Positions 1 to 5,542 of a DNA stretch of 6,068 nt are shown here, one piece after another. The notes under the pieces were generated by a model. The model saw only the letters and a program-made list of their open reading frames with translations. It was not told where the DNA came from and did no database searches. Location: IMG/VR virus record IMGVR_UViG_3300020026_000002, positions 1 to 6,068 of that record. One strand, 5' to 3'. Position 1 is the first letter of the stretch. Every line of letters begins with the position of its first letter. The DNA comes from a virus. Made by a program: the position numbers and the translations under genes.

Positions 1-119
1 CAGATACGAATTTTCGCGTATAACGGCGATGTTGGAGGAGGCAAGATAAAGGTGTAAGATTTCCATCTACGGTAACATATTTATCCGAAATTTCTTCGGG
101 GTTGAACTGAATCTGTTTA
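1..119. repeat. Terminal direct repeat, left copy; exact duplicate of 5950..6068 (circular genome linearised with overlap)
   Basis: Base-by-base comparison: cagatacgaattttcgcg...gaactgaatctgttta occurs at 1..119 and again at 5950..6068 with no mismatch I could see. The repeat lies inside one continuous reading frame (Rep). Confidence 0.95.
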
Positions 120-664
120 GTGACATATTTAACGCAGTATCGAGCACGCTTGTGGGTGGCTTTTGCTAGCCACACGAAACCAAGGTCTCGAACAGCAGAA
201 CGAATAGTGTTATAGAGAACATTTGTGCCAAACAAAAAACCGTGAAAGTGCAACCGGGGCTCATTTCCTGTTTCCGGATGAGTACCGAACTCCTGAAAAA
301 AGGCATGTTTAAATGAGTGACCGAGCTTGTGGCGTAGGCGTTCATTGAATTTCCGAATAAACCAGGACGGATCAAGCAGGGCTTCGTTATAATGCCTTGG
401 AGCAATCGTTATTGTAATGAAAATAGCCTGCTGACTATCAGCCTTACAACGAGCAAGTTCACGCTCTAAGCGAACAAACCAGTCATTGCGTTGACGACGC
501 AAGCAATCTTCACACTTTCCACACGGAACCATCAACCATTGACGGGAGATGTCCCAAGGACGAAAAGCAAGCGCAGACTTGGCAACGTCAGAGCCATTTC
601 GACAAGGATTCTTCTTATCAAAGTAGCGACGGTTGCGTATCCATATGGGAGAAGAGCAAGGCAT
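1..664 (-). CDS. VP4: Replication initiation protein VP4 (HUH rolling-circle endonuclease), N-terminal part; continues at 5949 on the circle
   Basis: The minus-strand frame is open from ATG 664..662 to the window edge. It is missing from the ORF track because it has no in-window stop. Hand translation: MPCSSPIWIRNRRYFDKKNPCRNGSDVAKSALAFRPWDISRQWLMVPCGKCEDCLRRQRNDWFVRLERELARCKADSQQAIFITITIAPRHYNEALLDPSWFIRKFNERLRHKLGHSFKHAFFQEFGTHPETGNEPRLHFHGFLFGTNVLYNTIRSAVRDLGFVWLAKATHKRARYCVKYVTKQIQFNPEEISDKYVTVDGNLTPLSCLLQHRRYTRKFVS. Rolling-circle Rep motifs present: motif 1 FITITI (404..421), HUH motif HFHGFLF (230..250), and two-tyrosine motif YCVKYVTK (116..139). The MPC...P start and PCGKCxxC element are typical of Microviridae VP4. 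Confidence 0.9.
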   Translation of the reverse strand, partial: MPCSSPIWIRNRRYFDKKNPCRNGSDVAKSALAFRPWDISRQWLMVPCGKCEDCLRRQRNDWFVRLERELARCKADSQQAIFITITIAPRHYNEALLDPSWFIRKFNERLRHKLGHSFKHAFFQEFGTHPETGNEPRLHFHGFLFGTNVLYNTIRSAVRDLGFVWLAKATHKRARYCVKYVTKQIQFNPEEISDKYVTVDGNLTPLSCLLQHRRYTRKFVS

Positions 665-870
665 CAGAGTAAACTTCGAAGGCAATCAAATTTAATGCTA
701 GGATGATCAAGACGACAACGAATAAGGTAATCATTTGCAGGAATCTCGTCAGCAAACCAAGCAATAACAACTCGCTTCCTACCTCGATATGCACCAATAG
801 AATAGCGATAAGGGATGCTATTGATAGTAGGAAAAAACCTAGGTCTAAAATCGAAATAATCCATAATCAA
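664..870 (-). CDS. Doubtful 68-aa ORF upstream of Rep (TTG 870 or ATG 864), stop overlapping the Rep ATG
   Basis: The open frame reads MIMDYFDFRPRFF...IRCRLDHPSIKFDCLRSLL. Its TGA (664..666) overlaps the Rep ATG (662..664) as TGATG, a common coupling arrangement. Against it: the first codon is non-ATG, I recognised no motif, and a promoter-like -7 box lies inside its 3' end. Confidence 0.3.
   Translation of the reverse strand: MIMDYFDFRPRFFPTINSIPYRYSIGAYRGRKRVVIAWFADEIPANDYLIRCRLDHPSIKFDCLRSLL
687..694 (-). promoter_or_regulatory. Second TAnnTTTG (-7-like) box, TAAATTTG, 22 nt upstream of the Rep ATG
   Basis: Plus-strand caaattta at 687..694 gives TAAATTTG on the minus strand. Only a partial -33 element is present (GTTG at 716..719, 21-nt spacing). 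My manual scan found four TAnnTTTG matches on the minus strand (687, 1167, 1791, 5263). Two of them lie 22-26 nt upstream of start codons. The other two are inside genes and are likely chance matches. Confidence 0.3.
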
Positions 871-884
871 AAAAGTAATACCTT

Positions 885-913
885 GCGCTTCGAAAGACGG
901 TACTTTCGAGCGC
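885..913. other. Stable hairpin: 11 bp with a 1-nt bulge and a 6-nt loop
   Basis: gcgcttcgaaag (885..896) pairs with ctttcgagcgc (903..913), with t890 bulged and loop acggta (897..902). On the minus strand it lies about 20 nt upstream of ATG 864 and is followed, after 10 nt, by a T6 run. Confidence 0.6.
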
Positions 914-1002
914 GAAAACTGCTCCGTTACGCCGCTCGACGGCCTTAACGGCCGGGACGCTGCGCGTCTTCGAGCTCCATGGCTTCACTTCGCAACATGT
1001 AT

Positions 1003-1018
1003 ACCGAACAAGTTCGGT
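1003..1018. repeat. 16-bp near-perfect palindrome ACCGAACAAGTTCGGT
   Basis: accgaac (1003..1009) is the reverse complement of gttcggt (1012..1018). It sits in the noncoding region near a second small hairpin, gacgc-tgc-gcgtc (956..968). Confidence 0.7.
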
Positions 1019-1030
1019 GAGCTTAGAGAC

Positions 1031-1066
1031 AAAAACTCCCGGGGGAGAAGAAAACTCTCCCGGGAG
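1031..1066 (-). terminator. Rho-independent terminator candidate on the coding (minus) strand
   Basis: Minus-strand RNA: CUCCCGGGAGAG-UUUUCUU-CUCCCCCGGGAG-UUUUU. The arms 1055..1066 and 1036..1047 pair over 12 positions (11 Watson-Crick pairs and one C/A mismatch). The loop is 7 nt (1048..1054) and a T5 tract follows (1031..1035). On the plus strand no T tract follows the hairpin, so it would act on the minus strand only. Confidence 0.6.
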
Positions 1067-1111
1067 CTTCGTAATCAAAGAACCTTTCCACCAAGAGGGC
1101 GGGTTACAATT

Positions 1112-1435
1112 CTAGTTCCCTTTCCCTTCTTCTTTCGACGTGCTTTCATCGTAATCAAGATCAAGATCAAACATAAGGACAAGTGTATTATCGAAAAATT
1201 CAACACTAAAGCCAGAGAGGACTACGCAAGCATCAATAAGGTTGGCAATCTCCGAATGATCAACATAAAGCGAATCGCTAATATGCGAACTCTTAAAATA
1301 ATGCGCAACGGGGGAGCTGGCGATAGCATCGAGAGAGAGAGTGTTAAACTGACCATCCTTGATATGACCTATCTGGACAAGATCAATTTTGAGGGCCGGG
1401 TTAATTCGACGGATAACAACATGAATCTGCGTCAT
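1112..1435 (-). CDS. Hypothetical protein, 107 aa with acidic C-terminal tail (accessory, unknown function)
   Basis: ATG 1435 lies 11 nt after the preceding stop, and the ORF ends at TAG 1112. The composition is protein-like and the tail is acidic (DLDLDYDESTSKEEGKGN). A strong terminator-like hairpin follows 46 nt downstream. Confidence 0.6.
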   Translation of the reverse strand: MTQIHVVIRRINPALKIDLVQIGHIKDGQFNTLSLDAIASSPVAHYFKSSHISDSLYVDHSEIANLIDACVVLSGFSVEFFDNTLVLMFDLDLDYDESTSKEEGKGN

Positions 1436-1446
1436 AATAATAAGAT

Positions 1447-1764
1447 TTAAAAGATAGACTTGAATTTACAACAAAAACGGCACCAAGCGTTCGACTGATC
1501 TACCCAAAAATTATAACCTTCCGGGGTCATAGCAAACGGGAAAGACGTAGAAATGATGCTTTCGGCGCCCAAAATAGACGAATGGCATAGACGGCGAAGT
1601 TTAGTACGCAAATTATCGCGAAAAGATCGATGATTCGGATAAAATTTCTCAAAATTCGCTTTGTATACGGAAAATAAACCTTGGCGAACAAGCCATTCAG
1701 TGAACATGTATTCAACAACATCGACAGAGAGATCAGAGATCATAGACTTTTTATTTGCTTTCAT
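1447..1764 (-). CDS. Hypothetical protein, 105 aa (accessory, unknown function)
   Basis: ORF from ATG 1764 to a stop at 1447, with protein-like composition. It is preceded by the only sizeable AT-rich intergenic spacer, which carries a Bacteroidetes-type promoter match. The C-terminal segment FPFAMTPEGYNFWVDQSNAW resembles a T-x-E-G-x-x-F-W pattern I have seen in small phage proteins, but I cannot name a family. Confidence 0.65.
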   Translation of the reverse strand: MKANKKSMISDLSVDVVEYMFTEWLVRQGLFSVYKANFEKFYPNHRSFRDNLRTKLRRLCHSSILGAESIISTSFPFAMTPEGYNFWVDQSNAWCRFCCKFKSIF

Positions 1765-1790
1765 GGTAATATGGTTATTGGTTTACAATG

Positions 1791-1821
1791 CAAATATAAG
1801 GTAAAAAAGGCAAACAGCAAA
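1791..1821 (-). promoter_or_regulatory. Bacteroidetes-type promoter candidate: TTTG (-33) N19 TATATTTG (-7)
   Basis: The minus strand reads gcTTTGctgtttgccttttttacctTATATTTGcattg. The -33 TTTG is at 1818..1821 and the -7 box is at 1791..1798, a perfect match to TAnnTTTG. I counted a 19-nt spacer, and the box ends 26 nt upstream of ATG 1764. It sits in the 86-nt VP2-to-ORF spacer. Confidence 0.5.
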
Positions 1822-1850
1822 GCTCTAAAAGTCGAAAAAGTTGTTCAATT

Positions 1851-3107
1851 TCACCTTACATAACGACGGCTAGATTTTGTAGTACCGGCATAACGGCCAT
1901 CTTTGCCATAAATCTCCCTACTTTCATCGTAATCGACAGCAGTAGGACGTTTAGTTGCGGCCGTGCCGGCAATAGCCATAGCGCCAACCAAAGCAGTTCT
2001 AGCAAGGCTGTAACCAAAAGCATTCTTGCTTGAGCGATTCTGAAACCAGCGACCCGAGAGGTCTTGTTGACCTTCCGAGGCGGCGAGACCCATAAGCTTT
2101 TGATGAATCTGGCGGCCGGTCATTTTTATTGTCTTACCGGTAGGCTTGCCTTTTTCATCAACCTCGGGAACGTCAATCTCGGAGTCCCAATTGAGACTAA
2201 ACCACTCGCGAAGGTCAGCAAGGTTGACCTTGCGTATCTCAGACTCAACATTTAAGACATCGCCAGAGGCAGCAGATTCGTAAGCGGCGGCGAAATCCCG
2301 GGCGATTTGAGCGGCATAAACAGAATCAAAATACTTGTCGTTATACTTCTTAATCTGATTCGCTTCTTCGACATGTTTCGAATACATAGCAACAAAATCT
2401 TGAAACTTATACGTAGCCATAAGATCAGCGTACTCAGCATCAGCAGCATGAATATCAGCCAAAGCACGATTAAGACGAATCAACTCGGAAACGTTGTTAA
2501 TCTGATGTTCAAGAGACTTCTTCTCTAAATTGTCCATCTCTTTTCGCCAGTCTGCACTATGAGTGTTGCCTCTCATAAGTTCAGCCTCAGCATTATCGCG
2601 ATTAGCAGCAGCAGTGTTGCGATCGACCGAAGAGCGGGCCATCATATTCTGCGCAATAGCAGTAGGATCGCCGGGAGCAAAAACGCCAGGGCCAACAGGA
2701 GCGCCACCTGAAGGACCAGAAGCGGAAGGCATAGATGCGGAGCCACCCGACATTGTAGCGTTTACTCCGACACCTGAAGAACCTAAAACGGCTGCGGGGG
2801 TAACACCAGCCTTCAAATAACGGTCGAAAACCTTCGAAGGATCATTATAGGCATTTTCGTAATCAAATTGTTTCTGCCAATTAGCATAGGAAAGCTCAGA
2901 CTGCTTCTGCATCTGCTCGAGAGCATACTGTTGTTGAAGCTTCATCTGTTTTTGCTGAAATTTCCACTGGCGGCGAGCGTTCATGCCACCGAAAAGTTGA
3001 CCTAAAAAGCCGGTAATGAGGCCATTAGTTCCGGTAGAGGCAGCAGATTCACCAAGAGCGCGACCGAAAGAGGCGGAGGAGGCAGCAGCAGCAACGGGAA
3101 CAGCCAT
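1851..3107 (-). CDS. VP2: Minor capsid / DNA pilot protein VP2
   Basis: 418-aa ORF starting at ATG 3107. It has an Ala/Gly-rich N-terminus and a Q/K-rich probable coiled coil (RRQWKFQQKQMKLQQQYALEQMQKQ). The block YNDPSKVFDRYLKAGVTPAAVLG resembles the conserved P..Q..R...AG(L/V)NP element of microvirus VP2/H proteins. This is followed by a Gly/Ser/Pro-rich linker. Size and position fit the pilot protein. Confidence 0.82.
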   Translation of the reverse strand: MAVPVAAAASSASFGRALGESAASTGTNGLITGFLGQLFGGMNARRQWKFQQKQMKLQQQYALEQMQKQSELSYANWQKQFDYENAYNDPSKVFDRYLKAGVTPAAVLGSSGVGVNATMSGGSASMPSASGPSGGAPVGPGVFAPGDPTAIAQNMMARSSVDRNTAAANRDNAEAELMRGNTHSADWRKEMDNLEKKSLEHQINNVSELIRLNRALADIHAADAEYADLMATYKFQDFVAMYSKHVEEANQIKKYNDKYFDSVYAAQIARDFAAAYESAASGDVLNVESEIRKVNLADLREWFSLNWDSEIDVPEVDEKGKPTGKTIKMTGRQIHQKLMGLAASEGQQDLSGRWFQNRSSKNAFGYSLARTALVGAMAIAGTAATKRPTAVDYDESREIYGKDGRYAGTTKSSRRYVR

Positions 3108-3108
3108 A

Positions 3109-3411
3109 CTACAAGTTGATTAAATTATTAGAACGAATAATGTAGTCGACACGCACTGTGTCAATGTGAACACCACTACGCTGCATCCTAGCCTGGGCAG
3201 CACATGATGACAAGAAAAAAGCAGCTAAAGCAGCAACAATGGAAGAAACGAGCGTCCAAAAAGCCTTAGACTTATAAAAAGGTTGTTTTATGTCAGACAT
3301 GGGAATAAAATTTAAAGAACGATAGAAAAATGCGCGGCCTCTCCTGCAGTCGTTACCAATAACCTTCAGCAATTCACGAACTCTTGCAGAAGGGGTCCGC
3401 GCACGTAGCAT
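3109..3411 (-). CDS. Small membrane / putative lipoprotein ORF (100 aa from ATG 3411; more likely 63 aa from ATG 3300)
   Basis: From Met38 (ATG 3300..3298) the sequence is MSDIKQPFYKSKAFWTLVSSIVAALAAFFLSSCAAQ.... This gives a basic n-region, a hydrophobic h-region and an LSSC lipobox, the arrangement of a signal peptidase II substrate. The TAG stop 3109..3111 is 1 nt from the VP2 ATG. The upstream 37 codons are Arg-rich and coincide with a long imperfect stem (3331..3403), so the start site is uncertain. Confidence 0.6.
   Translation of the reverse strand: MLRARTPSARVRELLKVIGNDCRRGRAFFYRSLNFIPMSDIKQPFYKSKAFWTLVSSIVAALAAFFLSSCAAQARMQRSGVHIDTVRVDYIIRSNNLINL
3331..3403. other. Long imperfect inverted repeat / stem enclosing about 34 nt
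   Basis: tgcgcggcctctcctgcag (3331..3349) pairs with cttgcagaaggggtccgcgca (3383..3403). The pairing is 7 bp, a 1-nt bulge, 5 bp including one G-T, one mismatch, then 5-6 bp. It lies between the acidic ORF and the internal ATG 3300 of the membrane ORF. Confidence 0.45.
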
Positions 3412-3433
3412 ATATCTTCAAGTAAAGGATATA

Positions 3434-3730
3434 CTATTTTTCTTCAGAATTAGAGGGCGTTGAAGCGGGTTTGGGCTTATCGAGCTGAGAATCAATAAGT
3501 TCCTGACCAACCTCGAGGCCGTCGAACTTGTCCATACGGGAGAAGGAATTAGGATCAAAATCGATCTCAGGGTTGAATCTTTCGCCCTTGTCAAAGTCAG
3601 AGGGTTCGGCCGCCACGTCCGGACGACCGGGAAGAACTTCAACGGAACCGGAGCCGTCGAGAACAGAAAGAATGCGCTGACCGCGAGAAATATAGGCGGG
3701 AGCGTCTTCGAGAAGCCAATCAAGTGCCAT
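3434..3730 (-). CDS. Hypothetical acidic 98-aa protein; possible internal scaffolding protein (function not established)
   Basis: ATG 3730 lies 12 nt after the VP1 stop, and the ORF ends at TAG 3434. The composition is protein-like and D/E-rich (PEIDFDPNSFSRMDKFDGLEVGQELIDSQLD). The scaffolding role is guessed only from position next to the capsid gene and from size and charge. I recognised no motif. Confidence 0.6.
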   Translation of the reverse strand: MALDWLLEDAPAYISRGQRILSVLDGSGSVEVLPGRPDVAAEPSDFDKGERFNPEIDFDPNSFSRMDKFDGLEVGQELIDSQLDKPKPASTPSNSEEK

Positions 3731-3742
3731 ATAATCAACATA

Positions 3743-5539
3743 TTAACGGTTAGACAAACGGGTCGCAAATGTTTTATTAATCAAATTCTTCTTCTGAACT
3801 GCGTAGGAAATGTTTACAAAAAAATTGTCTTCCACCTTTGAACTGAAAGGCGAATTCACCTGCGACAAGTCAGTAAAAAGTATCGGGTGATAATAGGATT
3901 CAGGAAGAGAACCGGTACCGCTAGAAGTCAGGACAGCGCGCTGCTGAACCCAATAGGAGTAAAGTGGAGTACCGGAGCCACCTTCAGCCTCATCTTTGCT
4001 ATAAGCCTGGAGTTGACCAAGAACTTCATCATAAGACGAACGAAACTCATTAAAACACGGCTCGGAAGCAGAACTGGCGCCAGGATTGCCGTTAAACGCC
4101 AAACGAAAGGCTGGAACGTCCTGATAACCAATATCGTTATAAATAGGGTTGAAGTAATCGGAACCGGTATAGTTAAGATAATCAGGCTTGATAAAACTCC
4201 AATAATAAACAGGCCTAATGCTCAACATATCAATCATATAACCAGGTTCGCGGAAATAGTAAGACTGACGACGACCTAAGCGATCATTAAACGCAATAGA
4301 ACCTCCTTGTTGACCGAGAGGTTGGTTGCCAGAAAAATTATTATTTCCTGCTTGATTCATCACGATCTGCACGTTAACAGTTTGAGAGGCGCTAAAAAGA
4401 AGCTTGGGACGATCGACATGCTCAATCTTGGAGGCAAAAAATGTCTCCAGCCAGTCGCTGTAGCGGCTGCCTCCAGCACCAAGCAAATCCTTGTATTCCT
4501 GAAGACGAGAGGCAATAGCAAGCTGCGGAATAGTCGTGACACCCGACATGGAAACAGCAGACGAGGTACCTACGGGGATAAGACGGCTAAAACGGTCAGG
4601 ATTTGAAGGTACGACAGCCATAGGGTGGGCGACCAAGAAATAGGCCAAGCTCGAGGAAGAATTACTACTAGGAGCCGGTGAAGTTTGCGAAAGTATGCCA
4701 GTAGAGCCAAGCCGGGCTGCGCCCGGAAGAGTTGGGACAACGGGGAAACCATCAGCAGACGCGCCTCCACTCGCCAGGTCAGAACTAATAATTTGAAAAA
4801 AGAGATTGCCGCGATTGTATGTATTATTGCTGGAAGCTACAGAAGACGGATAAAACTGGCTCTCATAAAAGGCATCCAAAAACTCGAGATTACCATAACA
4901 TTGCGTGAAAAATCTAGAATCACCCGAGTTGTCAGGGTCAAGGATATACGAACTACCCGAGTAAATAAGCTTATTCGCCATAGGCCACGCAAAAGAATAA
5001 AGACTCCACTGCGAATAGCCGTAATAATTACGAACAATGTCCCAATAAGCTAGATACGTATCAGCGGTAGACCACTGACTAATGGAAGCGGATGCTGGGA
5101 GTTCAACATCAGTTAGCGGACTTCCACCGACGTTGTACTTATTGCCGACACGGAGCCAAGCAAAAAGCGAATTGGTGTAAGACGCACCGAAAAAATCAGA
5201 ATTCAAAGAACCCGTAGAGGGGGTTGTAGAACAAATCCAATTAAGGCTCAACTCGTTCATATCAAACTTACTACTGTTCGTCCGAAGTTCAGGGTGATAC
5301 AACTGAAGCGGCACCCAAAAGCGATGAAGTCGAACAGTGTAGGGGTTGAACGTCGGAACAGCGAGAGGATTACTGCGAACGTCAATACCCTGCTCAATAG
5401 ACACACGGTCTCGAGCGTTAATAAAATCAATTCGCACCGGATACAAAATACCCGGCGTGCACGTAAAGGCCTTACTCTCCGGAACATCGTAGCGAGAGTA
5501 GCCATTGACAGCGTGAGAAATAAAAGGTTGTTTTCCCAT
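3743..5539 (-). CDS. VP1: Major capsid protein VP1 (Microviridae F-protein family)
   Basis: 598-aa ORF from ATG 5539 to TAA 3743. The N-terminal block FTCTPGILYPVRIDFINARDRVSI...VRLHRFWVPLQL matches the layout of the conserved microvirus capsid N-terminus. The internal block RLQEYKDLLGAGGSRYSDWLETFF (4436..4507) matches the conserved (R/Q)xxE...GGxRYxE/D...F capsid motif. It starts 3 nt after the Rep stop. Confidence 0.93.
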   Translation of the reverse strand: MGKQPFISHAVNGYSRYDVPESKAFTCTPGILYPVRIDFINARDRVSIEQGIDVRSNPLAVPTFNPYTVRLHRFWVPLQLYHPELRTNSSKFDMNELSLNWICSTTPSTGSLNSDFFGASYTNSLFAWLRVGNKYNVGGSPLTDVELPASASISQWSTADTYLAYWDIVRNYYGYSQWSLYSFAWPMANKLIYSGSSYILDPDNSGDSRFFTQCYGNLEFLDAFYESQFYPSSVASSNNTYNRGNLFFQIISSDLASGGASADGFPVVPTLPGAARLGSTGILSQTSPAPSSNSSSSLAYFLVAHPMAVVPSNPDRFSRLIPVGTSSAVSMSGVTTIPQLAIASRLQEYKDLLGAGGSRYSDWLETFFASKIEHVDRPKLLFSASQTVNVQIVMNQAGNNNFSGNQPLGQQGGSIAFNDRLGRRQSYYFREPGYMIDMLSIRPVYYWSFIKPDYLNYTGSDYFNPIYNDIGYQDVPAFRLAFNGNPGASSASEPCFNEFRSSYDEVLGQLQAYSKDEAEGGSGTPLYSYWVQQRAVLTSSGTGSLPESYYHPILFTDLSQVNSPFSSKVEDNFFVNISYAVQKKNLINKTFATRLSNR

Positions 5540-5542
5540 AAA

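Noticed and set aside
1-119. Terminal repeats read as transposon, LTR or phage DTR ends
   Set aside because: The repeat is direct rather than inverted, lies inside the Rep coding sequence, and restores an intact in-frame gene when the ends are joined. This is what an assembly overlap of a circular molecule looks like, not a mobile-element terminus.
166-405. 79-aa minus-strand ORF inside Rep, with similar small alternative-frame ORFs at 1527..1721, 2252..2467, 3928..4131, 4360..4542, 4570..4770, 4837..5037 and 5257..5505
   Set aside because: These are alternative frames of confident genes. They are short and have no distinctive architecture or start-site context. Only the two overprinted ORFs with clear TM segments were raised to findings.
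408-418. phiX174 origin-like core on the coding strand inside Rep (ATTACAATAAC versus phiX ATTAATAAC); also CAACATATTAAC at 3737..3748 on the opposite strand
   Set aside because: The matches are short, AT-rich and imperfect. One is on the wrong strand, and the origin sequence of non-phiX microviruses is not established. Neither can be distinguished from chance.
989-1016. dif-like (XerC/D) site: cgcaacATGTATAccgaac resembles the XerC arm plus central region of E. coli dif (GCGCATAATGTATA)
   Set aside because: Only the left arm and central hexamer are similar (about 11 of 13 nt). The expected conserved XerD arm (TTATGTnAAnT) is absent, and the relevant host dif sequence is unknown to me. It is recorded as something to test against prophage junctions, not called.
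845-1078. 77-aa minus-strand ORF spanning the intergenic region
   Set aside because: It starts at TTG rather than ATG and runs straight through the terminator hairpin, the palindromes and the 885..913 hairpin. The sequence is better explained as structured noncoding DNA.
1167-1174. Additional TAnnTTTG matches on the minus strand at 1167..1174 and 5263..5270
   Set aside because: Both lie inside coding sequence (the 107-aa ORF and VP1) with no start codon downstream. One or two chance matches per strand are expected for this degenerate 6-position motif.
3887-4279. 130-aa plus-strand ORF, with similar plus-strand ORFs at 4307..4606, 4685..5053, 5294..5554, 2563..2820, 2064..2255, 2307..2528, 491..706, 703..948, 1256..1450 and 1681..1863
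   Set aside because: All are antisense to well-supported minus-strand genes. Their composition is shadow-ORF-like (rich in R, K, I, L, S, T) and I recognised no motifs. Microviridae transcribe one strand only, so these are treated as antisense artefacts.
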